Positions 25,637-37,939 of a stretch of 64,000 nucleotides of DNA are shown here, piece by piece. Positions within the stretch are counted from its first letter, which is position 1; each line of letters opens with the position of its first letter. This stretch comes from Blepharisma stoltei ATCC 30299 (taxonomy: Eukaryota > Protista > Ciliophora). Both the position numbers and the translations under genes were made by a program. Below the pieces are notes generated by a model that did no database searches, was not told the origin of the DNA, and saw only the letters and a list, made by a program, of their open reading frames with translations. The stretch lies in NCBI GenBank assembly GCA_965603825.1, contig CBFDEM010000058.1, positions 124,001 through 188,000 of the forward strand, given 5' to 3'.

Positions 25637-26494
25637 ATGATGATACCTATAAGAAACCCCATAACAGAAGATTCACTTGAGTCAAAATACCTTTTATATA
25701 TTGACCGAGCGTCGACATACCCTGCCATTCTTATAAAAATCGATTTAGAAAACTGAGCAATTAGTAGATATGAAGACGATTTTTTGGTATGATGAATATG
25801 CAACCTCCCAAAAAATGAACTTTTACTGGAATGCTTTCAAAAAGATATTGGGCATTATTATGTTATTGCAAAAGAAGACCTTGCCCTTACAAAAATTGAT
25901 GTGGAGCAGAATTCATTTATGCACTCTGGATCTTTATACCATGAAGGAGAAATTTATACTTTTTGAGGGAAATTTTCTGATAAGAAACCTAGACTTTCAA
26001 ATAAGATCAATTTTAGAAAGAATAGAAGCCAGAAATTTTGCACCTTGCCAGATAGGTTAGGAAAATGCTCATGCATCGAGTTTATGGGGAAAATATTTAT
26101 GGCCTGATACCAGTCTGAAAATATATATGTATACGACGAAGATATCGACTCTTACTCAGAACTCTGGTGTATTTGACTTAAGGAAAATAGGCAAAAGCTA
26201 CTCTGTAAAAAAGAAGGAATCTTATATCTAATCGATTTTCCAGGCAGGATTTATATGAGTAGAAATCCATTTGATGGGTGAAAACTTTTATATGAAGAAA
26301 AGCTTAAACTTCTCCCTGCCTTCTTTGACCACCACATATATTTCCAAGGCTCAATCTGATATTTGTCAGACAAAAGTATTTACAAGTTCAATTTCGACCA
26401 AACCGGAATTCAATATATAGGCTATATTTTTGAAAGTCAAAACAACCCCAAAGTGTATCTTGATAAAAAACTTAAATCAGAATTAATTAATTAA
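25637..26494 (+). CDS. Kelch-like family paralog G, 285 aa (absent from ORF track)
   Basis: LESKYL, ICNLPKNELLL, LYHEGEIYTF, IYVYDEDIDSYSEL and IYKFNFD motifs; 8 in-frame TGA. Confidence 0.8.
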
Positions 26495-28059
26495 TTAATA
26501 AAAGTTTTGGGAATGGTTTTTCTCCATTCTTCTAGTCTTTTATTTCTTTTTTCATCATCCCAAGTATACGTTACCTCATGCTGAGGTTGTTTTGGGATTT
26601 TTTGAATATCATCTAAGCCTTTATAAAGCCCACATCCTATCCCCGCCGCATAGCTCGTCCCAAGTGCCGTCAAGTCTCTTTCTGCTGGTACCACCAATTT
26701 CATGCCTAAAATATTAGCCTGCATTTCCAAAAATAACGAATTTTTCGTCATTCCTCCATCCACAGACAGTTTTTCCAGCTTAACTCCTGCGTCTTCTGCT
26801 AAAGAATCTACAACTTCTCTGGTCCTAAAGCAAATTCCTTCAAGAATTGCCCTCAAGATATGGGCTCTTGTAGTATGCTGGGTCAAGCCAGTTATGATCC
26901 CTCTGGCATCTGGCCTCCAATGTGGGGCAAAAAGGCCAGAAAATGACGGGACAAATACGACACCTTCAGTGTCTGTGACTGAGCTGGCTTGTGACTCAAA
27001 TTCTTCGACTGTGGAGCATAGATGGAGTTTACTGATTGCCCATCTAATAACACTTCCTGCGTTTTCTACAGAGCCTTCTAATGCGTAATGGATAGGTTTT
27101 CCTTTAGAAAATTGTCCATATACGGTTGTTAAAAGTCCTGATTTGCTTTGGATTATGCTATTTCCAGTGCTCATTAGTAAAAAAGCACCAGTGCCATAAG
27201 TGTTTTTGATAGAGCCGGGGTCTATACATTTATGGCCTAACAATGCAGCTTGTTGGTCGCCTAAGCTGCCACTGATAGGAATCCCTTCAAGCGGCCCTTT
27301 TGCCATATGTCCATATACTTCAGAACAAGTTACAATTTCAGGCAAGGCGTTTTGAGGCACCTGTAAGGCTTTTAGTATATCCTCGTCCCAAAAGCCTTGT
27401 AAATTCATTAAAAGAGTTCTTGAAGCATTGCTGATATCAGTAACATGCCGCTTCTCGTGGGTCAAATTATAGATCATCCAAGATTCCACAGTCCCAAATA
27501 AGCAATTGTTATGCAATAAAGCTTCTTTTACAGCTGGGATGTTTTTGATTAACCATATGATTTTACTTGCTGAAAAATAGGTAGAAATGGTTAAGCCAGT
27601 TTTAGCTTGGAAATCAATGTTGTGCTTTGGCATGTCCTTGCAGATTTCGTGGGTTCTGGAGTCATCTCATATGATGGAGTGGTGGAGAGGCTTTCCTGTA
27701 GACTTGTTCCAGGCGATTACAGTTTCACGTTGGTTAGTTATCCCGATACCTCTGAACTGCGATTTAGGGATTTTTGATTTTTTGATTACTGCATCAATGC
27801 AGGACAGAGTTTTATCTACATATTCCTCAGGATTTTGCTCATGGCGCTCTGGATTAGGGAAGTATTGAGTCAAATCTTCGCTTTCAGAGATAACCTTTCT
27901 TCCATTAGAGTCAAAAACTATAAACCTAGTTGAGCCTGTGCCTATATCTATAGCTCCTAAAAACTGATCTGACATGCTAAAGTCAAGAGAATGATTAAGA
28001 TTCGTTGTAAAGCATCTTCTAGCGATAGAAAATCCTTTACGATATAAATAGTGGTTCAT
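26491..28059 (-). CDS. GK: Glycerol kinase (FGGY family) with a possible mitochondrial presequence, 522 aa
   Basis: AIDIGTGSTRF, GITNQRETVIAW, IIW(TGA)DDSRT, GDQQAAL, KNTYGTG and FSGLFAPHWRPDARG. Confidence 0.95.
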
Positions 28060-28648
28060 TTTGCAATAAAAATCTGGTGATTGGTTTATATGAAAATGTC
28101 AAAAAGACGTCATAAATCTTTACTGATTATTTAACAGATTTCCGAGACTAGAAAAAGCGCTGCTTATTATAAATAAATTTTGTAAGTTTCTAAAAAAGTT
28201 GGATTTTTGGTAAATTGTAATTATTGGATATAAATAATTAAGAGAATTTAGAAAGGAGCATGATAAGAAAATGAAATAAAAATGCAGAGAAAGTGAAGGA
28301 AAAGTATGCTAGGGGAGGATTACAATTTTCAATTATAAAGATAAAGTTTTTCAGGAGTTCTTAAGTTTGAAGTATTAAAGTTTATTTAAGAGTTACATTT
28401 TTTGATGATAACAACAGGCCTTGCTATTTATTTATGAAAACCTTTAAATAGTTACCTAATTATTTTAGATAAACTTTAAGGAGTTTTCAGCTCTGTAAAC
28501 ATTTTTCTAATGTAAAAGTCCTTGATTAGACATAAAAATATTATATGATAATTAAATCAAATATTTTTATAATTATTCAGCTCTTTAAAGCATATTTGAG
28601 GGATATTCTAAAGACCTTTGAAGAATTTAAGTAATAGTTATAATAAAG

Positions 28649-29476
28649 ATGAGACCTCAATTAAAATATAAAGACAACTCTGGTGTGGCTAAAGAATCAA
28701 GATATTTAAGCGTCTTTGAAGGCTTGTCCTGGAACAATTTATTGATATTTGATATAGAGACTAAAAAATCGAAAGAAATAGGCATTCCTGATTCAGGCTC
28801 ACTTATGAAGCAAGAATCATTAATTACCCTTCTGCCAGATGGCGATTTGTTTTGTGTTGGTAAAGGAGACGAGTATTCAGACTCAATAACTCAAGGAGCA
28901 TGCTTCATTATTGATAAAAAGTGCAATATCAAACAAAGCATAAACTTAAATTTTTTCAAAAAAGTCTTATATGCAATCTATTATGATGGTGATATATATA
29001 TCTTCGGGAGTGACCAATATTGACTCAAAAGAATCCAAGTAAAAAAATATTCATTAAGAAAAAAACGCTTTTCTAGTATGGGAGTTAATGCTAATAGGCT
29101 GACTTTTTCATGTTGCGATGTTTTTGTAAATGCCATAATTCTTACAGGCTATGAAGAAAGATTTATCTGTATATATGATATATTTTCAAATAGTTTTACA
29201 GAACTTTCACTGGATTTGAAAGCATATTCTGCCAAAGTTATTTGTAGTAGAGACGATAAAGCGTATATTATTTCGGTTTCTGAAGGAATTTATGAAAGTG
29301 GGTTATTCAATCCTTATGAATGGACGCTTTTAAGCAAAACAAATATAGCCTCATGTCATTGCTATGGGCTAATTGCCAATTATAAAGATTGCTGCTATTT
29401 CTTGCATGGAAAGACTTATTATTGGTTCAATTTTAATGACAAAGCACTTAATCGAGTAATTAGAGGCCTTTTTTAA
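28649..29476 (+). CDS. Kelch-like family paralog H, 275 aa
   Basis: LLPDGDLFCVG, IYYDGDIYIFGS and IYDIFSNSFTEL; two track ORFs joined by TGA. Confidence 0.8.
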
Positions 29477-30181
29477 CACTATGACTACTACGCATTAATT
29501 TAATTAAATTATTTTAGTATGAAGAGGCTTATTTTTATTAAAAAATTAATTATCTTATCGAAAAGTAACTTTATGATGTGAAATATTATTAGGTATTCAT
29601 TTAGAGCCTTGGCATGTTCTATTTTTCTTCAGATTAAATACTTCGGATTTTGAAGCATATGCCTAAATTTTCAAATTTAAATGCAAATTTGGGTGTTAAG
29701 CCTTATTTTTTAATTAGTTTATTTCAGTCAATCATTGGAAGTTTTTTTTTTGTGTATTATGATATCAAAAACCTAAACCCAATTAAAGGTTTTAAATTTT
29801 ATTATTTTTCCTCTTTGTCTAATACAAAATTAGATAGCCATTATATCAACATTTCTTCACCATCTTGATTGAAAAATATCATACTGTTTTGTCTTAACCT
29901 AAAAATTTCTCTTACCAAGAAGATCAGTTATAAGCTTTTATCATAAATTATGCAATTCTACGCTGCCAAGGTCCAAAACAATTAAGCTAGTTTATTTATT
30001 TTTTCCAGCTCCGAAGATTAGTTAATTTTATAATTTTAAAAAACAGTTCTAAAGTAAGGTATCAATTCCCCTTTCTTTTAGTATTTAATTCAAGTTTATG
30101 ATATTTTGAGTTATATAATTATTGATTTTGAGGCTTATATTAATTATTCCAATACTATATAATGATTTGACTTTTATAATA

Positions 30182-30673
30182 ATGTCTAAGAAATTCTCCC
30201 ATCCCCATATCTTAATCAGGCTCCCAAAAGTCCCTCAGGACATTTTACAAGAAAAGTCTCGGCAGGGTTACCACAACAAATACAAATACACAAAAAAGCT
30301 CTCTCGCTCCAGCAGTAAAAGTCCATTTAGCCCTAATCTTAGATTTTTCGACAATATGTCTCCAACCTTCGGAAAAGACAAACTCTATATCATCAATAGC
30401 CGAGTTCCTTCAATTTCACGACCTGGAATAATCCTTACAGACGAGACCAATAGACTAGTTTCTAACATTTTGATGCCTTTACCATCCACGACTACACAAT
30501 CAAGAATTCCATCAAGGCCTTTAACTGCAAGAAAAGTTGTTAACCAATGAAGCTTAGTAAGACTAAAACGAAAACAAGATCTATCTACCAAAAGGAAGCT
30601 GAAATTTGCTGACGAAAGCTTTAGACACAATAATTCTTTTTCAAAAATTTTTGATAGTGAAAATGACTGATAA
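30182..30673 (+). CDS. Basic, low-complexity hypothetical protein
   Basis: ATG 30182; reads through TGA 30548-30550 to TAA 30671-30673. Confidence 0.6.
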
Positions 30674-30774
30674 TAAGCTTATAGGAATTTTATTTAAACT
30701 AAAAATTTTGTGAATTTTTATTGGAAAAAGCAAGGGAAATGAATTTCATATAATTCAAATTACTTTTTGTGTAA

Positions 30775-32352
30775 ATGTCAAATTTTGTGCTTCATCAACA
30801 GCAAGAAGATACAGCTCGACAAAGTGACTGCCTTGAAGAAATTCAGCCACCTAAGTTGTTTGGGATAATAAAAAAGCCAGAAGACCCTTCGATTAAGTCA
30901 TTATTTACATGGCAAGACGAATCTCCAAAAGCGCGGCCTAAAGGTGAGTATTGTTATCTGACTGAAATGAGGGATTCATATAGAGGGTTCTATTTTAAGC
31001 CTGAAGAACAAAAAATGTATCGAGGAAGCCCATGTCACCAAAGTCCTCGTCCTAATGAAAACTTAAATAATGAATCCTTAGATCAAGAACTCCAAATAGA
31101 AGCTTCAATAGAGCCTCAAGAACAGCTGCCAAAGCCTCAAAAGCGTGAGCCAATAAAAGCAAATATTAAGCCTTTAGACCGTAATGCAAGATCAAGATCT
31201 TCAATTGACATTTTAAAGCCTCATCGAAATCCATCTTCAGGAGGAATAAGGACTCAAAGATTATCTAAAGGCTCCAAAAGGCCATCTTCAGCTAAACCAA
31301 TTGATAATGAAGCGATGCGTAAAGAGCGCCAAGACGCCAGAATAAAAAAACTCAATCAAACCACAAGGTGGCTGCCTAATTCTGCGTTTACTACTTATTT
31401 TGGGAAACCCGCTTTTGAAAACTATGGACAAGGAAATATAAATCCGACGTATGGAGGGTTAATGTATGGGAATTATATGAAAAGCCACAATATAGCACCT
31501 CATGAAGGCCAAAATAACCCACAATATTCGCAGGTTTATTTTACAGCTGAAAAAACGGCATCTAGAAAAAAGCCAAGATCTCCAGAGCCGCCGAGAAAAT
31601 GTAAAGACGAGGATAGACTTGCCCCGCAGCAGATCGAGGAAATGAAACAAAGAAATAAAGTTTTGGCTGAAGATAGGGTGATGCCTTCTAGAGAAATTGT
31701 GAAGCCGGATTTATATAAAGTTAAAACTTTTAAGAGTGAACATAATACTCCAAATGTATCAGTTAGGATTGAAAAGGAGAAAAAAGATGCAAAAAAGATA
31801 GAACACACAAGTATTTTACAAACTCCTATATCAGTAGAAAATAAGCAAATTGAAAAAAAATCTGAAACCTCGAAACTTCAAGCTGCTGAAGCAAAAACAA
31901 AAGAAAACAGCTTAGAAAATGGAGAATCAAAAGAAAAAGAAAGCATTGAGAAAGAAGAGCAAGAAAATAATGAAAATATGATTGATAAAGAAAGCTTGGC
32001 AGGATCATCTTGTGAAGAATGTGTTAGATTAAACCCAAATAAAAGAAAATTAGTCACAACTTATCAAGATATGACGTCAAGGCTACCTTTTGCACCTAAA
32101 CAAGTTGTAGAGGAGCCTTTTAAGTATTGTGCGAAATGCCTTGAAGCTTTATACCCAAGCAAGGTTGAAGATGTGAAGCCTGAAAATTTATTGAAGCCAC
32201 CTCATAGCCTGGGCGAAATTCCTTTCCAAGAGCTTAATCCGAAAAATTATAAGACTTTACCTCCTCAGTGGACTCAAAGAATCCCAGCAGCTGGAAAACT
32301 CAGTTATAAGTCTCCTACTGCTTATGAGGTTATTTTTCAAGGGAATGAGTAA
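30775..32352 (+). CDS. Hypothetical protein, 525 aa
   Basis: Long uninterrupted ORF, largely disordered. Confidence 0.8.
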   Translation: MSNFVLHQQQEDTARQSDCLEEIQPPKLFGIIKKPEDPSIKSLFTWQDESPKARPKGEYCYLTEMRDSYRGFYFKPEEQKMYRGSPCHQSPRPNENLNNESLDQELQIEASIEPQEQLPKPQKREPIKANIKPLDRNARSRSSIDILKPHRNPSSGGIRTQRLSKGSKRPSSAKPIDNEAMRKERQDARIKKLNQTTRWLPNSAFTTYFGKPAFENYGQGNINPTYGGLMYGNYMKSHNIAPHEGQNNPQYSQVYFTAEKTASRKKPRSPEPPRKCKDEDRLAPQQIEEMKQRNKVLAEDRVMPSREIVKPDLYKVKTFKSEHNTPNVSVRIEKEKKDAKKIEHTSILQTPISVENKQIEKKSETSKLQAAEAKTKENSLENGESKEKESIEKEEQENNENMIDKESLAGSSCEECVRLNPNKRKLVTTYQDMTSRLPFAPKQVVEEPFKYCAKCLEALYPSKVEDVKPENLLKPPHSLGEIPFQELNPKNYKTLPPQWTQRIPAAGKLSYKSPTAYEVIFQGNE

Positions 32353-33209
32353 TTTTTAAACTATTTATTTAAAAATGAGAATAATTCCTTAGTTTTGATA
32401 TAACAATCTTTGATTTAAAAAGTGCCTTTCCTGGCTTTCATTTCGAATTTTTAAAACTGAAGGGTATGATGCACCACTATTTTATTTATTATAATCATAT
32501 TTTGATTTATGTAATGCATTTAATTAAGTGTTTTTATATTCTAAAAATAATAAAAAGGCTGTGTTTCGACTGTTTTGAAGGTATGAAAATTATATCACAT
32601 TTTCATGATTATCTTTAAATGTTATAAACATGAGTAAATATAATGCTTCAGTTGTTTTTAAAACACTGATTTCTCTTTTTATTGCTGGGCTCATTGTTAT
32701 TGCAGGCTCTTGAGTTAGATCTATTCTTATTAGGCTTTTTAGGCAAGATTGGGTTTTATATTTTGCAAATAATTTAAATTTTGATTTAGATTATTTTCAG
32801 TTAAAAAATACTCATTTTTTAAATTTAAAACTTATATATTTGTCTACTATAATATTTATAAATTGATTTATTACAAAATAACTTATAATAAATTCTAAAT
32901 CTATTAAGCTGTTATGCTTAAAAGAATGATTCATTTTAGAAATTACTCAAATAAATTCCAATAGCTAATAGCAATTCTTCAAAGTTTAATAATTTTTACA
33001 TGTGTTCAGATACTATATTTTGCAATTTAATAATAAAATATCGAGCAATTTAGAAATCAATACTCTTAAGCTTTAATTACTTTTTATTTATCTCAATAGG
33101 AAAGAATATTGAATTGATAAAATATCAAGATCTACACACTTGAATAAAAAAATAATTCAAGCTTATTTCTAAAACTTGAGCCATTTTCTAAATAATTTTA
33201 AATAAAACA

Positions 33210-34913
33210 ATGAATTCAAAAAATCCAAAAGTCTCATGCATAAAAGACCAGTCCGACGTCGACCAAATCGTCGAAGAGCACATCATCAAGCCTAACGGAG
33301 AAAACACAATTTCTAGATACACAAAAGGACGATTCCTCGGCAAAGGTGGGTTTGCAAGAGTTTACGAGTTTATTAACCTTGATACCAAAAGAATTTTTGC
33401 TGCAAAAATAGTAAAGAAAGCCACATTAATTAAAGCCAGGGCACGCCAAAAACTGATGAGCGAAATAAAAATCCATTCATCACTGAAGCATCAGAATATT
33501 GTGGGTTTTGACCATTTTTTTGAAGATGTAAATAATGTGTATTTATTACTGGAGTTATGCCCCAATCAGACTATGAGTGAGCTGCTGAGAAGAAGGAAAA
33601 GAATAACTGAGCTCGAAGCGCAGTGCTATTTATTACAAATTATTGCTGCTATGAAGTATATTCACAGTAAAAAAGTTATTCATAGGGACTTAAAGATCGG
33701 GAATTTATTTATTAATGAAAAGATGGAAATTAAGCTGGGAGATTTTGGGCTTGCTTGCAAATTAGAATATGATGGCCAAAAGAAAAAAACTATCTGTGGA
33801 ACACCCAATTATATAGCTCCAGAAGTGCTTGAAGGAAAATCTGGGCATAGTTTTGAAGTAGATATATGGTCCTTAGGAGTAATTCTTTACACTTTATTAA
33901 TAGGAAAGCCACCATTTGAAACTGATGATGTCCACAAAACTTACAGATTAATCAAAATGAACGCATATTCTTTCCCAGATGGCTCCAGAATCAGTGAGCA
34001 AGCTAAATCTCTAATAACAAGAATTTTAAAAAATGACCCAGAACGAAGACCAGACCTGGACGAAATCCTCCAACATGAATTTTTCCATATGGCAAATTGT
34101 ATACCAAAAATACTCCCTGTAAGCACTTTAGCTGTGCCACCTAGTGAAAGCTATTTAAGGCAATTTACAAATATTAAACAAAATGTTGAAAAAACTTTAC
34201 CTGAAACAGCCCCAATAAATTCTGAAAATTTAGAAATAAGAAGTCCTAAAAAATCGCACACACAAAGACCTATGTCAAGTTTAGGAAAAACAGACAAAAA
34301 CATAGACAAATCTCAGATTTATGTCGAAAAATGGATTGATTATTCATCAAAATTTGGTGTCGGGTATATTTTATCTAATGGCTGCTCAGGCGTATATTTT
34401 AATGATGAAACCAAAATCCTTACCCAGCCGAATTCACAAAGTTTCTATTATATTGAAACTACTGAGAAACGGAAAGATGCATTTTATGAGTATTCTCTTG
34501 AGGAATACCCTGAAACTTTAAGCAAAAAAGTCAGACTTTTAGACAGGTTTACTAAATATTTAGACCCGGATTCCTCGATTATATCAGGATGCTCAACTAA
34601 TTTTTCGCTTGAAAACCCTCCACCTTATATTAAAAAGTGGGCAAAGTCCCGAAGAGCGGTGATGTTTCGACTTTCTAATAAAATAATCCAAGTTGTTTTC
34701 CAAGACCATTCACAAATTATTCTTTCGGTTGACTCAAAAAGCTTTATGTATATCAATAAATCTGGAGAAAAAGCCTTAATGCAGCTTAGCACAGCATTAG
34801 AAAGCCAAAATGAAGAAATAGTAAAAAGGCTCAAGTACGTACAAAAAATTTTAAATTCACTAAATTCACAAGCAATAGGGGACACAGGAAGTCCCCCAAT
34901 TCCTAATAGCTAA
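33210..34913 (+). CDS. PLK1: Polo-like kinase
   Basis: LGKGGFA, HRDLK, KKTICGTPNYIAPE; polo boxes KWIDYSSKFGVGY.LSNG..GVYFND and FRLSNKIIQVVFQDH. Confidence 0.95.
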   Translation: MNSKNPKVSCIKDQSDVDQIVEEHIIKPNGENTISRYTKGRFLGKGGFARVYEFINLDTKRIFAAKIVKKATLIKARARQKLMSEIKIHSSLKHQNIVGFDHFFEDVNNVYLLLELCPNQTMSELLRRRKRITELEAQCYLLQIIAAMKYIHSKKVIHRDLKIGNLFINEKMEIKLGDFGLACKLEYDGQKKKTICGTPNYIAPEVLEGKSGHSFEVDIWSLGVILYTLLIGKPPFETDDVHKTYRLIKMNAYSFPDGSRISEQAKSLITRILKNDPERRPDLDEILQHEFFHMANCIPKILPVSTLAVPPSESYLRQFTNIKQNVEKTLPETAPINSENLEIRSPKKSHTQRPMSSLGKTDKNIDKSQIYVEKWIDYSSKFGVGYILSNGCSGVYFNDETKILTQPNSQSFYYIETTEKRKDAFYEYSLEEYPETLSKKVRLLDRFTKYLDPDSSIISGCSTNFSLENPPPYIKKWAKSRRAVMFRLSNKIIQVVFQDHSQIILSVDSKSFMYINKSGEKALMQLSTALESQNEEIVKRLKYVQKILNSLNSQAIGDTGSPPIPNS

Positions 34914-34949
34914 ATTTTTTAAATGTAAATAGTCATTAGAATTATAAAA

Positions 34950-35702
34950 ATGTCAAACACACGCATTCTAAGAGAATTCGACCTCAACACATTCACCCCC
35001 AAAGGCAGCTCAGTCAAATCCAAGCTCCCACTTCTCGTTGACGAGCTCAAAAGGATCTTTTCATTGGAAAATCTCGAAAAAGACCCTTCACTTGTATTCA
35101 GTATGAATCCTGATCTTTGGATACCACTTGACCTAATTGCTCATTTGGAGCCAATTATCAGCATCACAAAGGACAAAAGACTTCTCAGAGCAGCTTTAAA
35201 AGAGGCAAACCTCGAATATGACGCAGAAATGGAGTGTGTTAGGGCTCGTGTTGAAATTCCTAGGACCACTTTGATTATAAGGGACGTTGACTGCCATGAG
35301 GGGCTTATGATGATTTTAGGCGAATTTGACTACAAAAATATAGATCATGAAGGCAAAACTTGGCTTATTTCCTTTGGAAATGAAGAAGAAACCATCAAAG
35401 CGGCATTGACGTTGAGGGAAAAAGGATTGAAAACGGCTGTGCAGTCTACCAATACATATGTTCATCTGCTTACAAAGGCAAACAATTTCATTAATGAGAT
35501 TGCGGATTTGCCGTATTTCAAACTGCTGAATCAGACTGTAAATGCGTTTTCTGGAAGAACTTATACGTTTAATGAAGTCTTAGAAATTTTTTCGAATCAT
35601 AAGTTGGCAATGCCGCCTACGATGAAGTTGCTGTCAGGTATGTACAGTGTCATCAGGGAAACACCTATTCAACAATTAAAACAAAAGTGTAATAATTCAT
35701 AA
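34950..35702 (+). CDS. La-related protein (LARP4-like La motif plus RRM)
   Basis: FSLENLEKDPSLVFSMNPDLWIPL resembles the La motif; RTTLIIRDV...WLISF resembles the adjacent RRM. Confidence 0.7.
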   Translation: MSNTRILREFDLNTFTPKGSSVKSKLPLLVDELKRIFSLENLEKDPSLVFSMNPDLWIPLDLIAHLEPIISITKDKRLLRAALKEANLEYDAEMECVRARVEIPRTTLIIRDVDCHEGLMMILGEFDYKNIDHEGKTWLISFGNEEETIKAALTLREKGLKTAVQSTNTYVHLLTKANNFINEIADLPYFKLLNQTVNAFSGRTYTFNEVLEIFSNHKLAMPPTMKLLSGMYSVIRETPIQQLKQKCNNS

Positions 35703-36073
35703 TTGAATTAGTTTTTACTAAAAATTGGATTTATTTTGAACTTTTATTAATTTTGGTATTTAAGAATTTAAAGAACTCTTGATTTTCTCGATCTTGAAAT
35801 TTTTAAATATTTTGATATAATAAAACTTATGCATTTTTATAATTAATCAGCATTATTAATGCATAGCTGAGGTATTTTTTCTTATATGCAAAATGACTGC
35901 TTAATATTTTGATTTATAAATCTTAATTCATTTAAGCATTCCTTTAGATGGGCTAAAATTACCATTTCTCTAATAAAACTTTTTAGCTTAATTCCAAAAT
36001 AATTGATCTCAAACATAAATTCTAACTAAAATAATTCTTAAATAGCGTCAGACTACTTTATTAGATAAATTAA

Positions 36074-36418
36074 CTAGATTAGATTTTCTGTATTGAAAAA
36101 GGCTTCATAATATTGCTCCAAAAACACCACATTTTCTTGTTCAACTTTATAGACACACTGGTCAAAGTCTTGAGGCCTAAAAGAGTAATAATTTCTTTCT
36201 TCATGCATAGCATAGCATTGTCGCAGTTTATTTTGCAGTTTAGTCACTTCTTCCCCGAAATTCTTACTTAAAACTGAGAAAATCATGCATTTTTCTTTAT
36301 GCCTTTTGTCTTCAATGCTAGGGCAATGTAAATACGAGTATTTTTCACCTATAGTCATGACATATTGGAACTTATTTTCATCAAATTTAATTTCGTTTGG
36401 ATCTTCATTGTATTCCAT
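36074..36418 (-). CDS. Small Cys-containing hypothetical protein
   Basis: 114-aa ORF with coding-like composition flanked by very AT-rich DNA. Confidence 0.6.
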   Translation of the reverse strand: MEYNEDPNEIKFDENKFQYVMTIGEKYSYLHCPSIEDKRHKEKCMIFSVLSKNFGEEVTKLQNKLRQCYAMHEERNYYSFRPQDFDQCVYKVEQENVVFLEQYYEAFFNTENLI

Positions 36419-37366
36419 ATTTTGTTTTATAATTTTAGGACTTAAATAATTTTGATATTGAAATTTATTGATTATATCAAAATAAAATATACTTAGATAT
36501 TAGAAAATAAGAAATATAATAAGTAATATGGACGATGTGGTAGTAAAAAATGAGATTAGATGGGACTTAAGACAAATGCTTATAAAGAATGTTATAAATC
36601 CGCCAATTAAGCAAATAATGGCTATGCTTCGTGATAGGTCTTAATTTTTTAATTTTATTAAAATTGATAATCTGGAATGCGATATTAAAATTGAGGCAAG
36701 GTGTTTAAAAAAATTAAAAAATTCTTGTGTCTGTTTGAATTAGATTAAATACGAATAGATCTATTTTATTGAGAAAAAGGCTGTCCTTTTTATCTATAAG
36801 CCATATTCAGTAATTTCATCTGCCAGGCAATGGAGAAGTTCAAATTAACTATGGAGAATAAACCTCAAAAAAATTATCAAATTACTGCCAAAAATTAAGT
36901 GATAATAATTGCTTCAATTTCTTTCTAAAATTTCTTAAAATAATAAAAAATTAAATTCTCTTATTATCAGGCATTTGAAACCAGGAGGTGTTACAATTTT
37001 ATAATTTTGACATTTTCTTAGATTTCATGAGACGAATTAATTTGCCACTAAGGTTTGAGAGATAAATCTTACCATTGCTAATTTCTCCAATTGACTGGAG
37101 AAGCTATGATAGCTTTCCTAATACTTCAAACTATAAAACTTAGTTTCTTAACAATTTAAATATAATCATAAATGGTCGGCAGCTACATAGCTGAAGCAGG
37201 AGCAAGCTCGCGCTCAAGAGCTTAAAATATACATCTGTTTAATTCGTAATAAAATTTTATATGAATCGCACAAAAATTTAATTCGATTTGTTTTTTAGTA
37301 AACAGAGATAATGACTGGTTTAATGGTGTGAAATTCAACAGGATAAAACTCATAGTAATAATAAAA

Positions 37367-37939
37367 ATGCAAAGAATCACTAGTGAACTCGACAATAAAT
37401 CCCTCCCAAGACCATTTTCCTTAATTACAGCTGAGGCTGAAGACAACCCTGAGTCTAGAACTTATAAGTGCGATTCTTGCGGACTCGTTTTCCTCAGCTT
37501 TTTCGGGCTCAAAATCCATAAATCCTCTGATAGAGAGTCAAGTGGCCTACTCAGTTCTGGAGTGTCGTTGAAAACTCCATCTTCTCCAACAAGCCAAATA
37601 GTTACGAACAGCTGTAGCCAAGTTGTGAAACAAGAAGAAACGCCAAAGCCGTGCACAACGGAAGTTCTATTTTGCAAGGATTGCAAAAAAGAATTCAAAA
37701 CTTTCAAGGGCCTTCAGCAACACATCGGGAAGGTTCATGAGGTAGAAAATAAGCAAGCTTATTGTCATATTTGTCTAAAAAAATTTAGACATAAGCATGC
37801 AGTAAAGTTCCATATAAACCAAGTGCATGATAAAACTACAAGAATTTCATGTGAATTCTGCAAGAAGAGCCTTTACAATAAGTATTTATTGGACGAACAC
37901 ATGAAGAGGTGTCCGGTGAAAGCTGACTATTATCAATAG
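37367..37939 (+). CDS. C2H2 zinc-finger protein
   Basis: CKDCKKEFKTFKGLQQHIGKVH, CHICLKKFRHKHAVKFHINQVH and two more fingers. Confidence 0.9.
   Translation: MQRITSELDNKSLPRPFSLITAEAEDNPESRTYKCDSCGLVFLSFFGLKIHKSSDRESSGLLSSGVSLKTPSSPTSQIVTNSCSQVVKQEETPKPCTTEVLFCKDCKKEFKTFKGLQQHIGKVHEVENKQAYCHICLKKFRHKHAVKFHINQVHDKTTRISCEFCKKSLYNKYLLDEHMKRCPVKADYYQ

Noticed and set aside
32630-32881. About 83-codon hydrophobic ORF on + under TGA=Trp
   Set aside because: Composition is explained by T-rich intergenic DNA; no motif support.
36528-36644. 38-codon ORF on + (MDDVVVKNEIRW...)
   Set aside because: Too short, no homology recognisable, and no 15-nt intron to extend it.
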